The notes below the pieces were generated by a model. It did no database searches, was not told the origin of the DNA, and saw nothing but the letters and a program-made list of their open reading frames with translations. 64,000 bases of DNA from an uncultured Thiomicrospira sp. (GTDB lineage Bacteria; Pseudomonadota; Gammaproteobacteria; CAKMZV01). Every line of letters begins with the position of its first letter. The first letter of the stretch is position 1. The position numbers were made by a program, and so were the translations under genes. The DNA lies in NCBI GenBank assembly GCA_965195345.1, contig OZ239628.1, forward strand, positions 320,001-384,000, in the 5' to 3' direction. Positions 19,973 to 29,791 of the stretch are shown here, piece after piece.

Positions 19973-21064
19973 TTATCTAGACAACCAAGCTTGAAACTTC
20001 TGATCGATATCATCGCGATGATCTGCCCAGAATTCGTAGTTGTACAAAAACGTGTTCTTAGCATTTTTTGGATCAGTAGGCATATGTTGTGCCATTTCAA
20101 TGCCTAAAGAATCATGTTTGCCGACCAAAGGTGCAGAAGAAGCACGTGCTGGTCCGTAAGAAATATATTTTGCTTGATCAGCTAAGCGCTGAGTATCTGT
20201 AGCAAAATAGACATATTTCAAAGCACGTTTTTTGCGTTCTGGGCTTAATCCTGCAGGAATTATCCAGCCGTCAATATCAAAAACTTGCGCATCCCAAAGC
20301 ATTCCAATAGGTTGATTCTGCTCTTCAATGGCTGCAAATAAACGACCATTGTAAGTAGAACCCATTACAACTTCACCATCTGCAAGTAGTTGAGGTGTTT
20401 CTGCTCCAGCAGACCACCAGATAACATTATCTTTGATGGTAGCTAATTTTGCTAAAGCACGATCAACGCCTTTTGAGGTTGCGAGCACATCATATACTTC
20501 GCTTTTAGGAACGCCATCACATAACAAAGCCCATTCGACATTATTTATTGGACGTTTTTCTAAAGCACGCTTGCCTGGATATTTTTTAATATCAAATACG
20601 TCACAAATGTTAGTAGGCGGTGTGTTGCCTACCAAGTCTTTTCTATAACCAAATGTTGTTGAATAGACAATTTGAGGAATGAAGCATTCAGAGACCAATA
20701 AGTCACCAAAGTCTTTCGATGCAGATGTTCCATCAGGCGCTCTTGCGAGATCTTTATCTGGGTTAATTTCTAAGGCAAGTCCTTCATCACACAAACGAAT
20801 GGCATCGGCTGCAACTACATCAACCACATCCCAAGTTGTGTTGCCAGCTTCTTTCATCGCACGTAGTTTGGCAACCGCTTCAGCCGATGAATCGTCATTA
20901 ATGATTTTCACGCCTGTTCTTTTAGAATATGGTTTGTGGTAAGCCTCATTTTGAGATTTGCTGTAAGCGCCTCCCCACGAAACAATTGTCATATCATCGG
21001 CAAATGCGTTCAAACTGAATGCAGCGAGAACAATACCTGCCAAAGTAGTTTTTTTAATTTCCAT
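19973..21064 (-). CDS. potD: Polyamine-type ABC substrate-binding protein (PotD/YdcS-like)
   Basis: Signal peptide; VSWGGAY, WDVVD, PGKRAL and QLLADGEV motifs. Confidence 0.8.
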   Translation of the reverse strand: MEIKKTTLAGIVLAAFSLNAFADDMTIVSWGGAYSKSQNEAYHKPYSKRTGVKIINDDSSAEAVAKLRAMKEAGNTTWDVVDVVAADAIRLCDEGLALEINPDKDLARAPDGTSASKDFGDLLVSECFIPQIVYSTTFGYRKDLVGNTPPTNICDVFDIKKYPGKRALEKRPINNVEWALLCDGVPKSEVYDVLATSKGVDRALAKLATIKDNVIWWSAGAETPQLLADGEVVMGSTYNGRLFAAIEEQNQPIGMLWDAQVFDIDGWIIPAGLSPERKKRALKYVYFATDTQRLADQAKYISYGPARASSAPLVGKHDSLGIEMAQHMPTDPKNAKNTFLYNYEFWADHRDDIDQKFQAWLSR

Positions 21065-21134
21065 AGTTTTCTCCTAAATCTTCATTTCTATATTTTAGTG
21101 TACGTTTATGGCAGCACACTGTAGCCATTTGCAG

Positions 21135-22211
21135 TTAGGCATCAAGAGCTTTACAGTCTCTTGCCGCCCAACCAATCCAAACTTTTTGACCTTCTTTCAA
21201 ATGAAATGTGTTTGATGAATTACGGATTTTAGCAATAAATGCATTATTTCCTGCTACCATCATCCGCACTCTTATATGGTCTCCTAAATAAATAAGTTCT
21301 TCAATCGTTCCTTCACACCGATTTTCCATCGTTTCTGTTGGATCGACCTCTATACGCTCTGGTCTTAGCGAGAGTGAGGTCTTTTGACCCACACTATCAA
21401 CACATATGCGTTCTGCCTTAATGATCGTTTTATCTGCGAGAGTCACCGAACACAAATTGTCTTCTTCAATGGCGGTTACTTCCCCTTCGAAAGCATTATT
21501 TTCTCCAATAAATTGGGCAACAAAAGTATTTTCAGGATGCTCGTATAATTTTTCAGGGGTGGACAACTGTTGAATGACGCCATCGTTAAACACAGCGACT
21601 CTATTGGACATTGTTAATGCTTCGGATTGGTCATGCGTTACATATACTACGGTAATGCCCAATCGTTCGTGCAAATGCTTTATTTCGTATTGCATGTGTT
21701 CGCGTAATTGTTTATCTAATGCGCCTAAAGGCTCATCCATCAAGACTAAAACGGGGTCAAATACCAAAGCTCGAGCGAGTGCAATCCGTTGTTGCTGTCC
21801 CCCAGACAACTGAGTTGGTCGACGGTTCATGAATTCTTTCATTTGAACCATATCAAGGGCACGCACTACACGGTCGGAAACTTCGGATGCGCTCATTTTT
21901 CGCACTTTTAAAGGAAAAGCAAGATTTTCAGCTACTGACATGTGAGGGAATAAAGCATAGTTTTGAAAGACCATACCTATTCCTCTTTTATGAGGAGGGA
22001 TATTATTGATAGAAACGCCATTGAGCATAATGGAGCCAGATGTTGGAGTTTCAAATCCCGCCAGCATCATCAAACATGTTGTTTTACCAGATCCAGAGGG
22101 TCCAAGCATAGTCAAGAATTCACCTTGACTAACCTCTAAATTCAAATTTTTGACGACCAACGATTGACCATCATAAGATTTTTGAACTTCTTTAAACTCT
22201 ACAAATGCCAC
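21135..22211 (-). CDS. potA: Polyamine-type ABC ATP-binding protein (PotA-like)
   Basis: GPSGSGKTT, LSGGQQQR, MDEPLGALD; C-terminal TOBE domain. Confidence 0.88.
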   Translation of the reverse strand: MAFVEFKEVQKSYDGQSLVVKNLNLEVSQGEFLTMLGPSGSGKTTCLMMLAGFETPTSGSIMLNGVSINNIPPHKRGIGMVFQNYALFPHMSVAENLAFPLKVRKMSASEVSDRVVRALDMVQMKEFMNRRPTQLSGGQQQRIALARALVFDPVLVLMDEPLGALDKQLREHMQYEIKHLHERLGITVVYVTHDQSEALTMSNRVAVFNDGVIQQLSTPEKLYEHPENTFVAQFIGENNAFEGEVTAIEEDNLCSVTLADKTIIKAERICVDSVGQKTSLSLRPERIEVDPTETMENRCEGTIEELIYLGDHIRVRMMVAGNNAFIAKIRNSSNTFHLKEGQKVWIGWAARDCKALDA

Positions 22212-22408
22212 ATGCGCTCCAATTTAGTTGCTCACTTTCAACACAAAGAATTTACTTTCGCCAACCTTACAGGCGAACCTTTCAAAGAAAATTCAATCAG
22301 ACAAATTGTGTTATGAAAGAAAGCGGACCGATGATTATTACAAATAAACATTTTATTTTCAAGGCAAACGTTAATTTTTTGTGAATTATTGTGTATGCTT
22401 AGCAAAAA

Positions 22409-23107
22409 TTATGTTTTGGATTCCATTTTATGGGCAGATAATTTTTGTTCTAATTTATTCATAGACCAAAAAATTAAGTAGCTGGTTAGCATATAGAAAA
22501 GTGCTGCAAATATGAAGGCTTCAAAAGGAATAAAAAAGCGTGAGTTCATCAGACGTGCCACTTGTGTCAGCTCAACGACTGTAATAGTGCTTGCTAACGC
22601 AGTTGCTTGCATTAAGAAAACCGATTCATTGGCATAAATGGGAATAATTCGGCGGATTAAACTGGGGAAGATAATATATCGAAGTCGCATCATTCGACTG
22701 TAGCCAAAAGCAATTGCAGCTTCTACTTCTCCTTTTGGCGTTGCGGTTATCCCTCCGTATATTATTTCTGTCGTATATGCGGCGGTGTTTAAGGTCAAAG
22801 CAAGCATTACACAAAAAACTGGCTCACTGAAGAGAACCCATAAGACCGTGTCGTTGATCCACTCAAACTGAGCTAAACCATAGTAAATTAAGTAAATTTG
22901 TATCAGGCAAGGTGTTCCGCGGAAATAAAAAACGATGCTGTTGACTAACCAAATTAACCAGCGATTAGAACCGTCTTTAACGACTGAAAAAGCGATGGCT
23001 AATAGCATTCCAATGGATAGAGCAGTGACCGTTAGGAATATGGTCATGGAAAACCCACTTAAATACATTTGCCAATTATCGATAAGCGGCTGAATGTCAA
23101 CGTTCAT
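22409..23107 (-). CDS. hisM: Basic amino acid ABC permease (HisM/AotM-like)
   Basis: FRGTP, LNTAAYTTEI and GEVEAA motifs. Confidence 0.8.
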   Translation of the reverse strand: MNVDIQPLIDNWQMYLSGFSMTIFLTVTALSIGMLLAIAFSVVKDGSNRWLIWLVNSIVFYFRGTPCLIQIYLIYYGLAQFEWINDTVLWVLFSEPVFCVMLALTLNTAAYTTEIIYGGITATPKGEVEAAIAFGYSRMMRLRYIIFPSLIRRIIPIYANESVFLMQATALASTITVVELTQVARLMNSRFFIPFEAFIFAALFYMLTSYLIFWSMNKLEQKLSAHKMESKT

Positions 23108-23787
23108 GTTTGATGCTCAATATTGTAGTTTTTCCCCACACGCTTAATTACCAATAGAGAGACCCATGTGATGAGTAGGTAAGCTAAAGATACAATGAAA
23201 TAAAAAATGAAAGGTTGGTGTGTACTACGAGTAGCCGAGGTTGCTATGAAAACAATATCCTGTAGACCGATAACAGATAGGATGGCGGTAGATTTAACGA
23301 GCACCATCCAGTTGTTGCTCAAACCGGGAAGTGCATGCAATAACATCTGTGGCAGTAGAATTCTTTTAACTACCTGATGTTTGCGCATTCCAAAAGCATA
23401 GGCTGTTTCAATCTGGTGCTGATCAACAGCAAGAATTGAAGCGCGAAACGTTTCAGCCATAAAAGCCCCGAATATAAAAGAAAGCGTGAACACGCCAGCA
23501 GAGAAAGCATCAATGTCTACATAACCCCAGCCTAATTTAATCGCTATCCAGTTAATTGTGATTTGTCCACCATAAAAGATCAAAAACATCATCACTAAAT
23601 CAGGAACACCACGAACAACGGCAGTGTACGTGTTCGCAATATAAATCAATGGTTTGTTGTTAGATACCTTTATCAATGCCACCAAAAAACCAATAAGACA
23701 AGAGAAAAACAGTGCAAGCAGCGCAACCGATAGACTGAGCATAAGCCCTTTTGCAAGAGAAGGTAAGTAATCGAGATAGAGTGGCAT
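23104..23787 (-). CDS. hisQ: Basic amino acid ABC permease (HisQ/AotQ-like)
   Basis: RGVPDLV, FGAFMAETFR and ALPGLSNNWMVL motifs. Confidence 0.82.
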   Translation of the reverse strand: MPLYLDYLPSLAKGLMLSLSVALLALFFSCLIGFLVALIKVSNNKPLIYIANTYTAVVRGVPDLVMMFLIFYGGQITINWIAIKLGWGYVDIDAFSAGVFTLSFIFGAFMAETFRASILAVDQHQIETAYAFGMRKHQVVKRILLPQMLLHALPGLSNNWMVLVKSTAILSVIGLQDIVFIATSATRSTHQPFIFYFIVSLAYLLITWVSLLVIKRVGKNYNIEHQT

Positions 23788-23841
23788 GCTTGTTATTTTT
23801 TAGTTCATTATTTGGACTTTTATATATCGATGCATACATAC

Positions 23842-23874
23842 AAAAAAGGGCGCATCAAAAGATGCACCCTTTTT
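23842..23874 (-). terminator. Stem-loop/terminator after the amino-acid-binding protein gene
   Basis: AAAAAA-GGGCGCATC-aaaa-GATGCACCC-TTTTT. Confidence 0.75.
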
Positions 23875-23897
23875 CTAAAGTTCATCTTTTGGCGTAA

Positions 23898-24665
23898 TTA
23901 TTCGCCATAAATGTCGTAGTCAAAGTACTGTGCTTGAATTCGAGCATAAGTACCATTCGAACGGATAGAACTGATGGCGGCATTTAATTTCTTTTCAAGA
24001 TCATTATCTTGTTTGCGTAATGCAATGCCAATGCCTTCGCCAAACCATTCAACATCAGAGTAGCTAGGACCTACAAACTCAGCTTTTCCAGCTTGTGCTT
24101 TTATAAAGCTATCTCCGGGACCGATCTCAGAGAAGATCATATCAAGGCGACCTGTAAGCAGATCATTGCTTGCATCGTCTTGTGACGCATAACGGCGAAC
24201 AGTGACGATATCTCCCCAATTATCTGTTACAAATTTATCCATAACGGTTTCTTGTTGAACACCGACTTTTAGCCCCTTCATTTTGCTATTTACAATGCTA
24301 ATTTTATCGTCAGATCTTTTTATGAATCGCGCTGGAGAAGAATAGTATTTTTTTGTAAAGTTAACACGTTTCTTACGCTCTTCAGTAATTGACATAGAAG
24401 CGATAATGGCATCGTATTTGCGTGCAAGTAAAGCAGGAATCATACCATCCCAATCCTGAGCAACGAGCGTGCATTTGGCTTTCATCTCAGCACAAAGGGC
24501 ATTTGCTATATCAATATCGAAGCCAACAATGCTACCATCCGGTTTAGTTTCACTGAATGGAGGGTAAGCGCCTTCTACACCGATACGAATGTTTTTCCAG
24601 TCACCTGCAAAGCTCAAAACTGGAGCAAGTAGCATGGTGACAAATAGAATATTTCTCATTTTCAT
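23898..24665 (-). CDS. argT: Lysine/arginine/ornithine ABC substrate-binding protein
   Basis: EGAYPPF, GFDIDIANALC, WDGMIPAL and SMSITEERKK motifs. Confidence 0.85.
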   Translation of the reverse strand: MKMRNILFVTMLLAPVLSFAGDWKNIRIGVEGAYPPFSETKPDGSIVGFDIDIANALCAEMKAKCTLVAQDWDGMIPALLARKYDAIIASMSITEERKKRVNFTKKYYSSPARFIKRSDDKISIVNSKMKGLKVGVQQETVMDKFVTDNWGDIVTVRRYASQDDASNDLLTGRLDMIFSEIGPGDSFIKAQAGKAEFVGPSYSDVEWFGEGIGIALRKQDNDLEKKLNAAISSIRSNGTYARIQAQYFDYDIYGE

Positions 24666-24725
24666 AGTTATCCTTAATTTGAATTGAATGTTTAAAGTGA
24701 ATCGGATTATAGCTGATTTAATATG

Positions 24726-25487
24726 TTATTTATCCATGTGTCCAATGAAATCAACAAAATATTTAGAAGGTGGGGCATTAAACATATCGACAGTTGGTCC
24801 AAACATTTCAACTTTTCCTTGATGTATAAACATTGTTTTATGCGAAACATCACGGGCAAAAGCCATCTCGTGAGTTACCACTAACATGGTTATGTCGCCT
24901 ACTGCTAATTGGGTGATTATGGATAAAACTTCTTGCACTAATTCAGGGTCAAGTGCTGACGTTGGTTCATCAAAAAGTATAATCTGTGGCTCCATCGCTA
25001 ATGCACGTGCAATGGCAACTCGTTGTTTTTGACCCCCTGATAACTGAACGGGAAAACTTTTTTCAAATCCAGACATCCCTACTTGCTGTAAACAGTGCAT
25101 TGCTTTTTCAATCGCCTTCTTTTTGGGTTGGCCAAGGGCATGCATGGGTGCCTCAATAACATTAGACAACACGTCCATATGTGCCCATAGATTAAATTGC
25201 TGAAAAACCATGCTAATTTTTTTGCGTAAATTAGTTATTTGTTCTATTTGTGTCGAACGCTTTCCGTCTTTTTCGAAAAAATGAATGTCTTCCCCCAGTA
25301 GTCGCAATGCTCCTGAATCAGGGATTTCAAGCAAGTTCAAGCAACGCAGGAAAGTGCTCTTCCCAGAGCCACTGGAACCAAGAATAGCTATAACATCGCC
25401 TTTGGATGCGTCTAAAGAAACCCCTTTAAGGACTTGCCCAACGTTAGGGAAAGTTTTTGTCAGTGCCTGAGCTTCAATTTGTGGCAT
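24726..25487 (-). CDS. hisP: Basic amino acid ABC ATP-binding protein (HisP/AotP-like)
   Basis: GSSGSGKSTFLRC, FQQFNLWAHM, LSGGQKQR and FDEPTSALDPE motifs. Confidence 0.87.
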   Translation of the reverse strand: MPQIEAQALTKTFPNVGQVLKGVSLDASKGDVIAILGSSGSGKSTFLRCLNLLEIPDSGALRLLGEDIHFFEKDGKRSTQIEQITNLRKKISMVFQQFNLWAHMDVLSNVIEAPMHALGQPKKKAIEKAMHCLQQVGMSGFEKSFPVQLSGGQKQRVAIARALAMEPQIILFDEPTSALDPELVQEVLSIITQLAVGDITMLVVTHEMAFARDVSHKTMFIHQGKVEMFGPTVDMFNAPPSKYFVDFIGHMDK

Positions 25488-25735
25488 ATTATTTCTATCT
25501 CATGTAAATGTTGTTAATGATACGTGTTTTGTAGAATGTTATCATTAAAGTACGGTTGTTGACAACAAAATTTGATTGGAATTCTCTTTTTTCAATTGCG
25601 AGGAGGACCGAAAGTTCATAGAGCAAGGGATTAAATTTCTATGTTGATTGATGGTTCGACAAAAAATATGCAATATAATCTTCTCTTGATTCGGTTTATT
25701 AAATTTAAGCAACCCAAACAACGCGTATTATCCCT

Positions 25736-28246
25736 ATGTTAAAACATTTCAGTGCCATAAATTGGAGTGAGCAATGCCAGTTGCATTCTGTTAATAAAAG
25801 CACGATAAGATGGGTTACTTCTTTAATCTTTTTCACAGCGTTTGTTGCTTATGCATTGACCATGCCTCATACCGTTGGGTTCGAGGATTCAGGACTCTTC
25901 ACATTGGTTTGTTACTATGCAGGGGTGGGGCATCCTCCAGGTTATCCATTATATTCAATGCTGTGCCCTCCGTTTGCGCACTTGCCAGGGTTATCCCCAG
26001 CACACGGTGTAAACATCTTTAGTGCCCTGTGCGCCGCAGGTGCCGCAAGCACCATCGGTTGGATTATTTTGCGTCTTTGTAACAACGCCATCGCGGCAAT
26101 TACTGGAGGTTTACTCTTTGCTTTTTCTAATCATTATTGGTCACAAGCAATAACGCAAGAGGTTTATGCACTCAATGCATTGGTGTTTTTTCTGAGTCTT
26201 GCTTTGATTATGGAATTTGCCAACAGGCAAAGTCGTAAAACACTTTTTGTTCTAAGTATTTTTATTGGTCTGGGTTTGAGCAATCATTGGCCATTATTTG
26301 TATTAGCTTCTGTCGCGTTCCCCATAGTTTGGTTACCTCAAATAGTTCCAATTGTTCGATGGTTGTGGTGGCGGAATATATTCATTGGATTGATGGGGTT
26401 GATGCTGGGGCTAACCCCTTATTTGTATATGTGGTTGCGCTCTTTGAGTAATCCCTTCATTAGTTTTTATGGTCCTATAGAGACGTGGGAACGCTTCCTA
26501 TTTATCATTGCTCGAAAAGGCTATTCGGGAGTCGATAATCAAGGGGGGAATTTAATTGATAAGCAAGATTTTTCACATTGGTTGTTAAGTTCTATTCCCG
26601 ATCAAATATCATGGATCGGTATTGCACTATTAGTGCCTGGGGTATTATTTTTACTGTTAAAAAAACGCCCTTTCTTTGCAATTGCAATTATTTTATCTAT
26701 TCTAAGCAGTTCGTTGCTTTTGATTTTCTTGTTGAATTTTAAATACGAACTAGTGTGGAGAGAAGCATTTAGGGTTTACCCGCTTATTTCATGGGGAGAG
26801 TTAGCGTTGATTGCAGGTTTGGGTCTTTTGTATATCCAAGATTTTTTAGGTAAGGTGCTTTCTAAAAAAGTAGCCCGTGCAGCAATGGTGGCGATTGCTT
26901 TTGTTGCTGTTCTATGGCATGGAGGGCAGAATGGCTACGCTAATTGGCAACCATCAATCACGTATGCGGATAGGTACGCTACAACCATTCTTGAGATGCT
27001 TGATGAAAATGCTATCCTCATCACCTTCGATGACACGCATCTGCCGATAATATATAAGCGTTTTGCTGAAAAAAAACGACCTGATGTTCAAGTATATAAT
27101 TCACAGTCGCTTATTCTGGGTAATCGATTGACAGATTCAGTTGAAAAGAGCGCTTCTAAAGCGAAAGCGTACACAGAATTTGTGAAAAAAAGCAATCGTC
27201 CAGTCTACTACTTTTATGAAGATATTGGCTTTAGTGGGTATGAGAATTATGGTGCTATTAAAAAAATGCGTCGAGACCTACCCAAAGGAACGGTGGTTTG
27301 GAAGTTGTCGGAGCCATTGAGAAAATTGGTAGAGACGATAGATGTATTTAATGCGCCTAATACGTGGTCACGTAATATGCAAGAACGTTTGGCGAGCAAT
27401 CTGAGCAAAGTTTATTACGAGCTACCTGAGAACGACTTTGAAAAGCAAGGATTAAGAAAGTCACTTGAGTTGACACCATTTGGTAAGATAGCTCAAGCGT
27501 ATGCTTGGTCTGAAAAGCGTTCTCCGATAGAGGAGTATAAGAGACATGTGGAGAATGTTGAGTCGAGTCACACATTTTTCGAAAATCAAGACAGTATGGA
27601 TAAAAGCAATTACTATAACTATCTTGGGAGAGTAGAGTCCATATTAGCGAATCGTGTTAACAATAAGAAGATAGAGAATATTTTTTTAAAGGGCGTAAAA
27701 GAGTACGAGGCAAATGATAGTCCGTCACTGCTTCCTTTGTTGGAGATATACGCTCAAACAGATAGATTAACTGAACTTCGTTATTGGCGAAAAAAATACC
27801 CAAATGCAGACCGTAAAAGTCAAATTATTAGAAACTTTGATCAGTATGGAGTCGCGGGCACAAATGGCTATATAGATAACCTATCCAATCAAAAAATTCA
27901 AAATGCTATAGTGTTGTTGTCAGAGGGTAAGAAAGACGAAGCACGCCCCATCATTAGAGAACTGCAGACACTTCGCCCTACAAGTATTCATGTCATACTT
28001 GTCACAGGAGGCTTGGCCATGTTAGATAGGAATTACAAGCTTGCTTTGCTAAATTTCGAAAGTATTTTGAGTGTCGATCCGAATCACTTCGATGCGTTAT
28101 TGAATAGTGCGCAAATATATTTGAAAAATAAAAATTTCGCTCGTGCAGAGGAACTAACAGAGCGTATTAAAGTTATTGATCCAACAAATCCAAATATTCA
28201 AAAGCTTGAATATGCGATTCAAACTCAGAAAAACGCTCCCAAGTGA
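25736..28246 (+). CDS. DUF2723/TMEM260-like GT-C membrane glycosyltransferase with C-terminal TPRs
   Basis: EDSG...GVGHPPGYPLY, WSQAITQEVY and GLGLSNH motifs; about 11 TM segments; TPR-like C-terminus (ILSVDPNHFDALLN, IDPTNP). Confidence 0.8.
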   Translation: MLKHFSAINWSEQCQLHSVNKSTIRWVTSLIFFTAFVAYALTMPHTVGFEDSGLFTLVCYYAGVGHPPGYPLYSMLCPPFAHLPGLSPAHGVNIFSALCAAGAASTIGWIILRLCNNAIAAITGGLLFAFSNHYWSQAITQEVYALNALVFFLSLALIMEFANRQSRKTLFVLSIFIGLGLSNHWPLFVLASVAFPIVWLPQIVPIVRWLWWRNIFIGLMGLMLGLTPYLYMWLRSLSNPFISFYGPIETWERFLFIIARKGYSGVDNQGGNLIDKQDFSHWLLSSIPDQISWIGIALLVPGVLFLLLKKRPFFAIAIILSILSSSLLLIFLLNFKYELVWREAFRVYPLISWGELALIAGLGLLYIQDFLGKVLSKKVARAAMVAIAFVAVLWHGGQNGYANWQPSITYADRYATTILEMLDENAILITFDDTHLPIIYKRFAEKKRPDVQVYNSQSLILGNRLTDSVEKSASKAKAYTEFVKKSNRPVYYFYEDIGFSGYENYGAIKKMRRDLPKGTVVWKLSEPLRKLVETIDVFNAPNTWSRNMQERLASNLSKVYYELPENDFEKQGLRKSLELTPFGKIAQAYAWSEKRSPIEEYKRHVENVESSHTFFENQDSMDKSNYYNYLGRVESILANRVNNKKIENIFLKGVKEYEANDSPSLLPLLEIYAQTDRLTELRYWRKKYPNADRKSQIIRNFDQYGVAGTNGYIDNLSNQKIQNAIVLLSEGKKDEARPIIRELQTLRPTSIHVILVTGGLAMLDRNYKLALLNFESILSVDPNHFDALLNSAQIYLKNKNFARAEELTERIKVIDPTNPNIQKLEYAIQTQKNAPK

Positions 28247-28272
28247 TAGAGGATCTTATGGACTCTATCACT
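28242..28272. terminator. Stem-loop between the convergent DUF2723 gene and katA
   Basis: AGTGATAGAG ... CTCTATCACT inverted repeat. Confidence 0.5.
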
Positions 28273-28287
28273 CGGGTAACCTACAGA

Positions 28288-29721
28288 CTATTTGAGAGAA
28301 TTGCGCACTCCACTCCCGTAATCAGGATGAACGCTGTCGAATAGTAGACATTGTCTTTCTGCTATTTCAGCAGGAACACCTTGCATAGAAGCGGCAATAT
28401 TATTGAATAGGCGTTGCTTTTGCGCATCGTCAAACATATTGAATAACGCTCGAGGTTGAGCAAAGTCATCATTGCCTTCTCGATGGTCATAGCGGGCGGC
28501 ATCTCCAGAAATTTTCAAAGGTGGCTCAGCGTGGGTTTTATCTTCGGTTGGTCCACCCATGCTATTTGGCTCGTAGTAAGCATCTGAATTGCCTGTATTA
28601 TTTTGGAAAAAGCGCATTGATCCGTCTTTGTGATAATGGTGCATAGGGCATCTGGGAGCATTTACAGGTAACGCTTCGTAGTGTGTTCCTAAACGATAGC
28701 GATGAGCGTCTGCATAGGAGAAAATACGCGCTTGTAACATTTTGTCTGGTGAAAAACCAATTCCACGCACAACATTTGATGGTGAAAAAGCCGCCAATTC
28801 TATGTCAGTAAAGTAATTTTCAGCATTACGATTTAACTCAAAATGCCCAACGTCTATTAATGGGAATTGAGAGTGTGGCCAGACTTTAGTTAAATCAAAA
28901 GGATTAAATGATGCTTTCTCAGCATCCATTTCTGGCATCACTTGAATGTACATTTTCCAGCGAGGATATTTCTTTGACTCAATGCCTCCAAATAAAGACT
29001 CTTGATATGTCTCACGACTTTTACCAATTATCGATTCTGATTCGTCATTTGTGTAATGCTTATGACCTTGTTCGGTTTTGAAATGAAATTTCACCCAAAA
29101 ACGCTCCCCTTTAGCATTCCATAAGGAGAATGTATGCGAACCGTAACCATTCATATTCATTGGGGTTTGTGGCAACCCTCTATCGGACATTAGAATAGTT
29201 ACTTGATGTAAACTTTCAGGAGAAAGCGACCAAAAATCCCAAGCAGCAGTTGCAGAGCGCATGTTTGTTTTAGGATGACGTTTTTGAGTATGAATGAAAT
29301 CTGGGAATTTCAATGGATCGCGAACAAAAAATACGGGGGTATTGTTACCCACTAAATCCCAATTCCCTTCATCGGTATAAAATTTCAGTGCAAATCCGCG
29401 AACATCTCTTTCAGCATCTGCTGCGCCTACTTCACCTGCAACTGTTGAAAATCGAGCAAGCATGGTTGTTTGTTTGCCTACTTCGGAGAAGACACTGGCA
29501 CAGCTGTATTGGCTAATGTCATGGGTAACTGTCAATGTTCCAAATGCGCCCCATCCCTTAGCATGAACAACTCGCTCAGGAATCCGCTCACGGTTTTGAT
29601 GAGCGAGCTTTTCAATAAGCTGATAATCTTGAAGCAGTACCGGACCGCGCGCGCCAGCGGTTAAGGAGTTTTGATTGTCGCTGATAGGAGCGCCTGCTGA
29701 AGTGGTCATTTTTTTGCTCAT
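28288..29721 (-). CDS. katA: Monofunctional small-subunit heme catalase
   Basis: [32 protein letters not shown] and [12 protein letters not shown]; start MSKK at 29721. Confidence 0.96.
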   Translation of the reverse strand: MSKKMTTSAGAPISDNQNSLTAGARGPVLLQDYQLIEKLAHQNRERIPERVVHAKGWGAFGTLTVTHDISQYSCASVFSEVGKQTTMLARFSTVAGEVGAADAERDVRGFALKFYTDEGNWDLVGNNTPVFFVRDPLKFPDFIHTQKRHPKTNMRSATAAWDFWSLSPESLHQVTILMSDRGLPQTPMNMNGYGSHTFSLWNAKGERFWVKFHFKTEQGHKHYTNDESESIIGKSRETYQESLFGGIESKKYPRWKMYIQVMPEMDAEKASFNPFDLTKVWPHSQFPLIDVGHFELNRNAENYFTDIELAAFSPSNVVRGIGFSPDKMLQARIFSYADAHRYRLGTHYEALPVNAPRCPMHHYHKDGSMRFFQNNTGNSDAYYEPNSMGGPTEDKTHAEPPLKISGDAARYDHREGNDDFAQPRALFNMFDDAQKQRLFNNIAASMQGVPAEIAERQCLLFDSVHPDYGSGVRNSLK

Positions 29722-29766
29722 AGGGAACCTCATTAAAGTGATTGGAGTTTTTCAGATATTATAAAC

Positions 29767-29785
29767 GTGAATGATAATCATTTCA
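29767..29785. promoter_or_regulatory. Fur-family (Fur/PerR-type) box upstream of katA
   Basis: GTGAATGATAATCATTTCA matches 14/19 positions of GATAATGATAATCATTATC, with a perfect AATGAT-A-ATCATT core. Confidence 0.6.
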
Positions 29786-29791
29786 TGCCAG

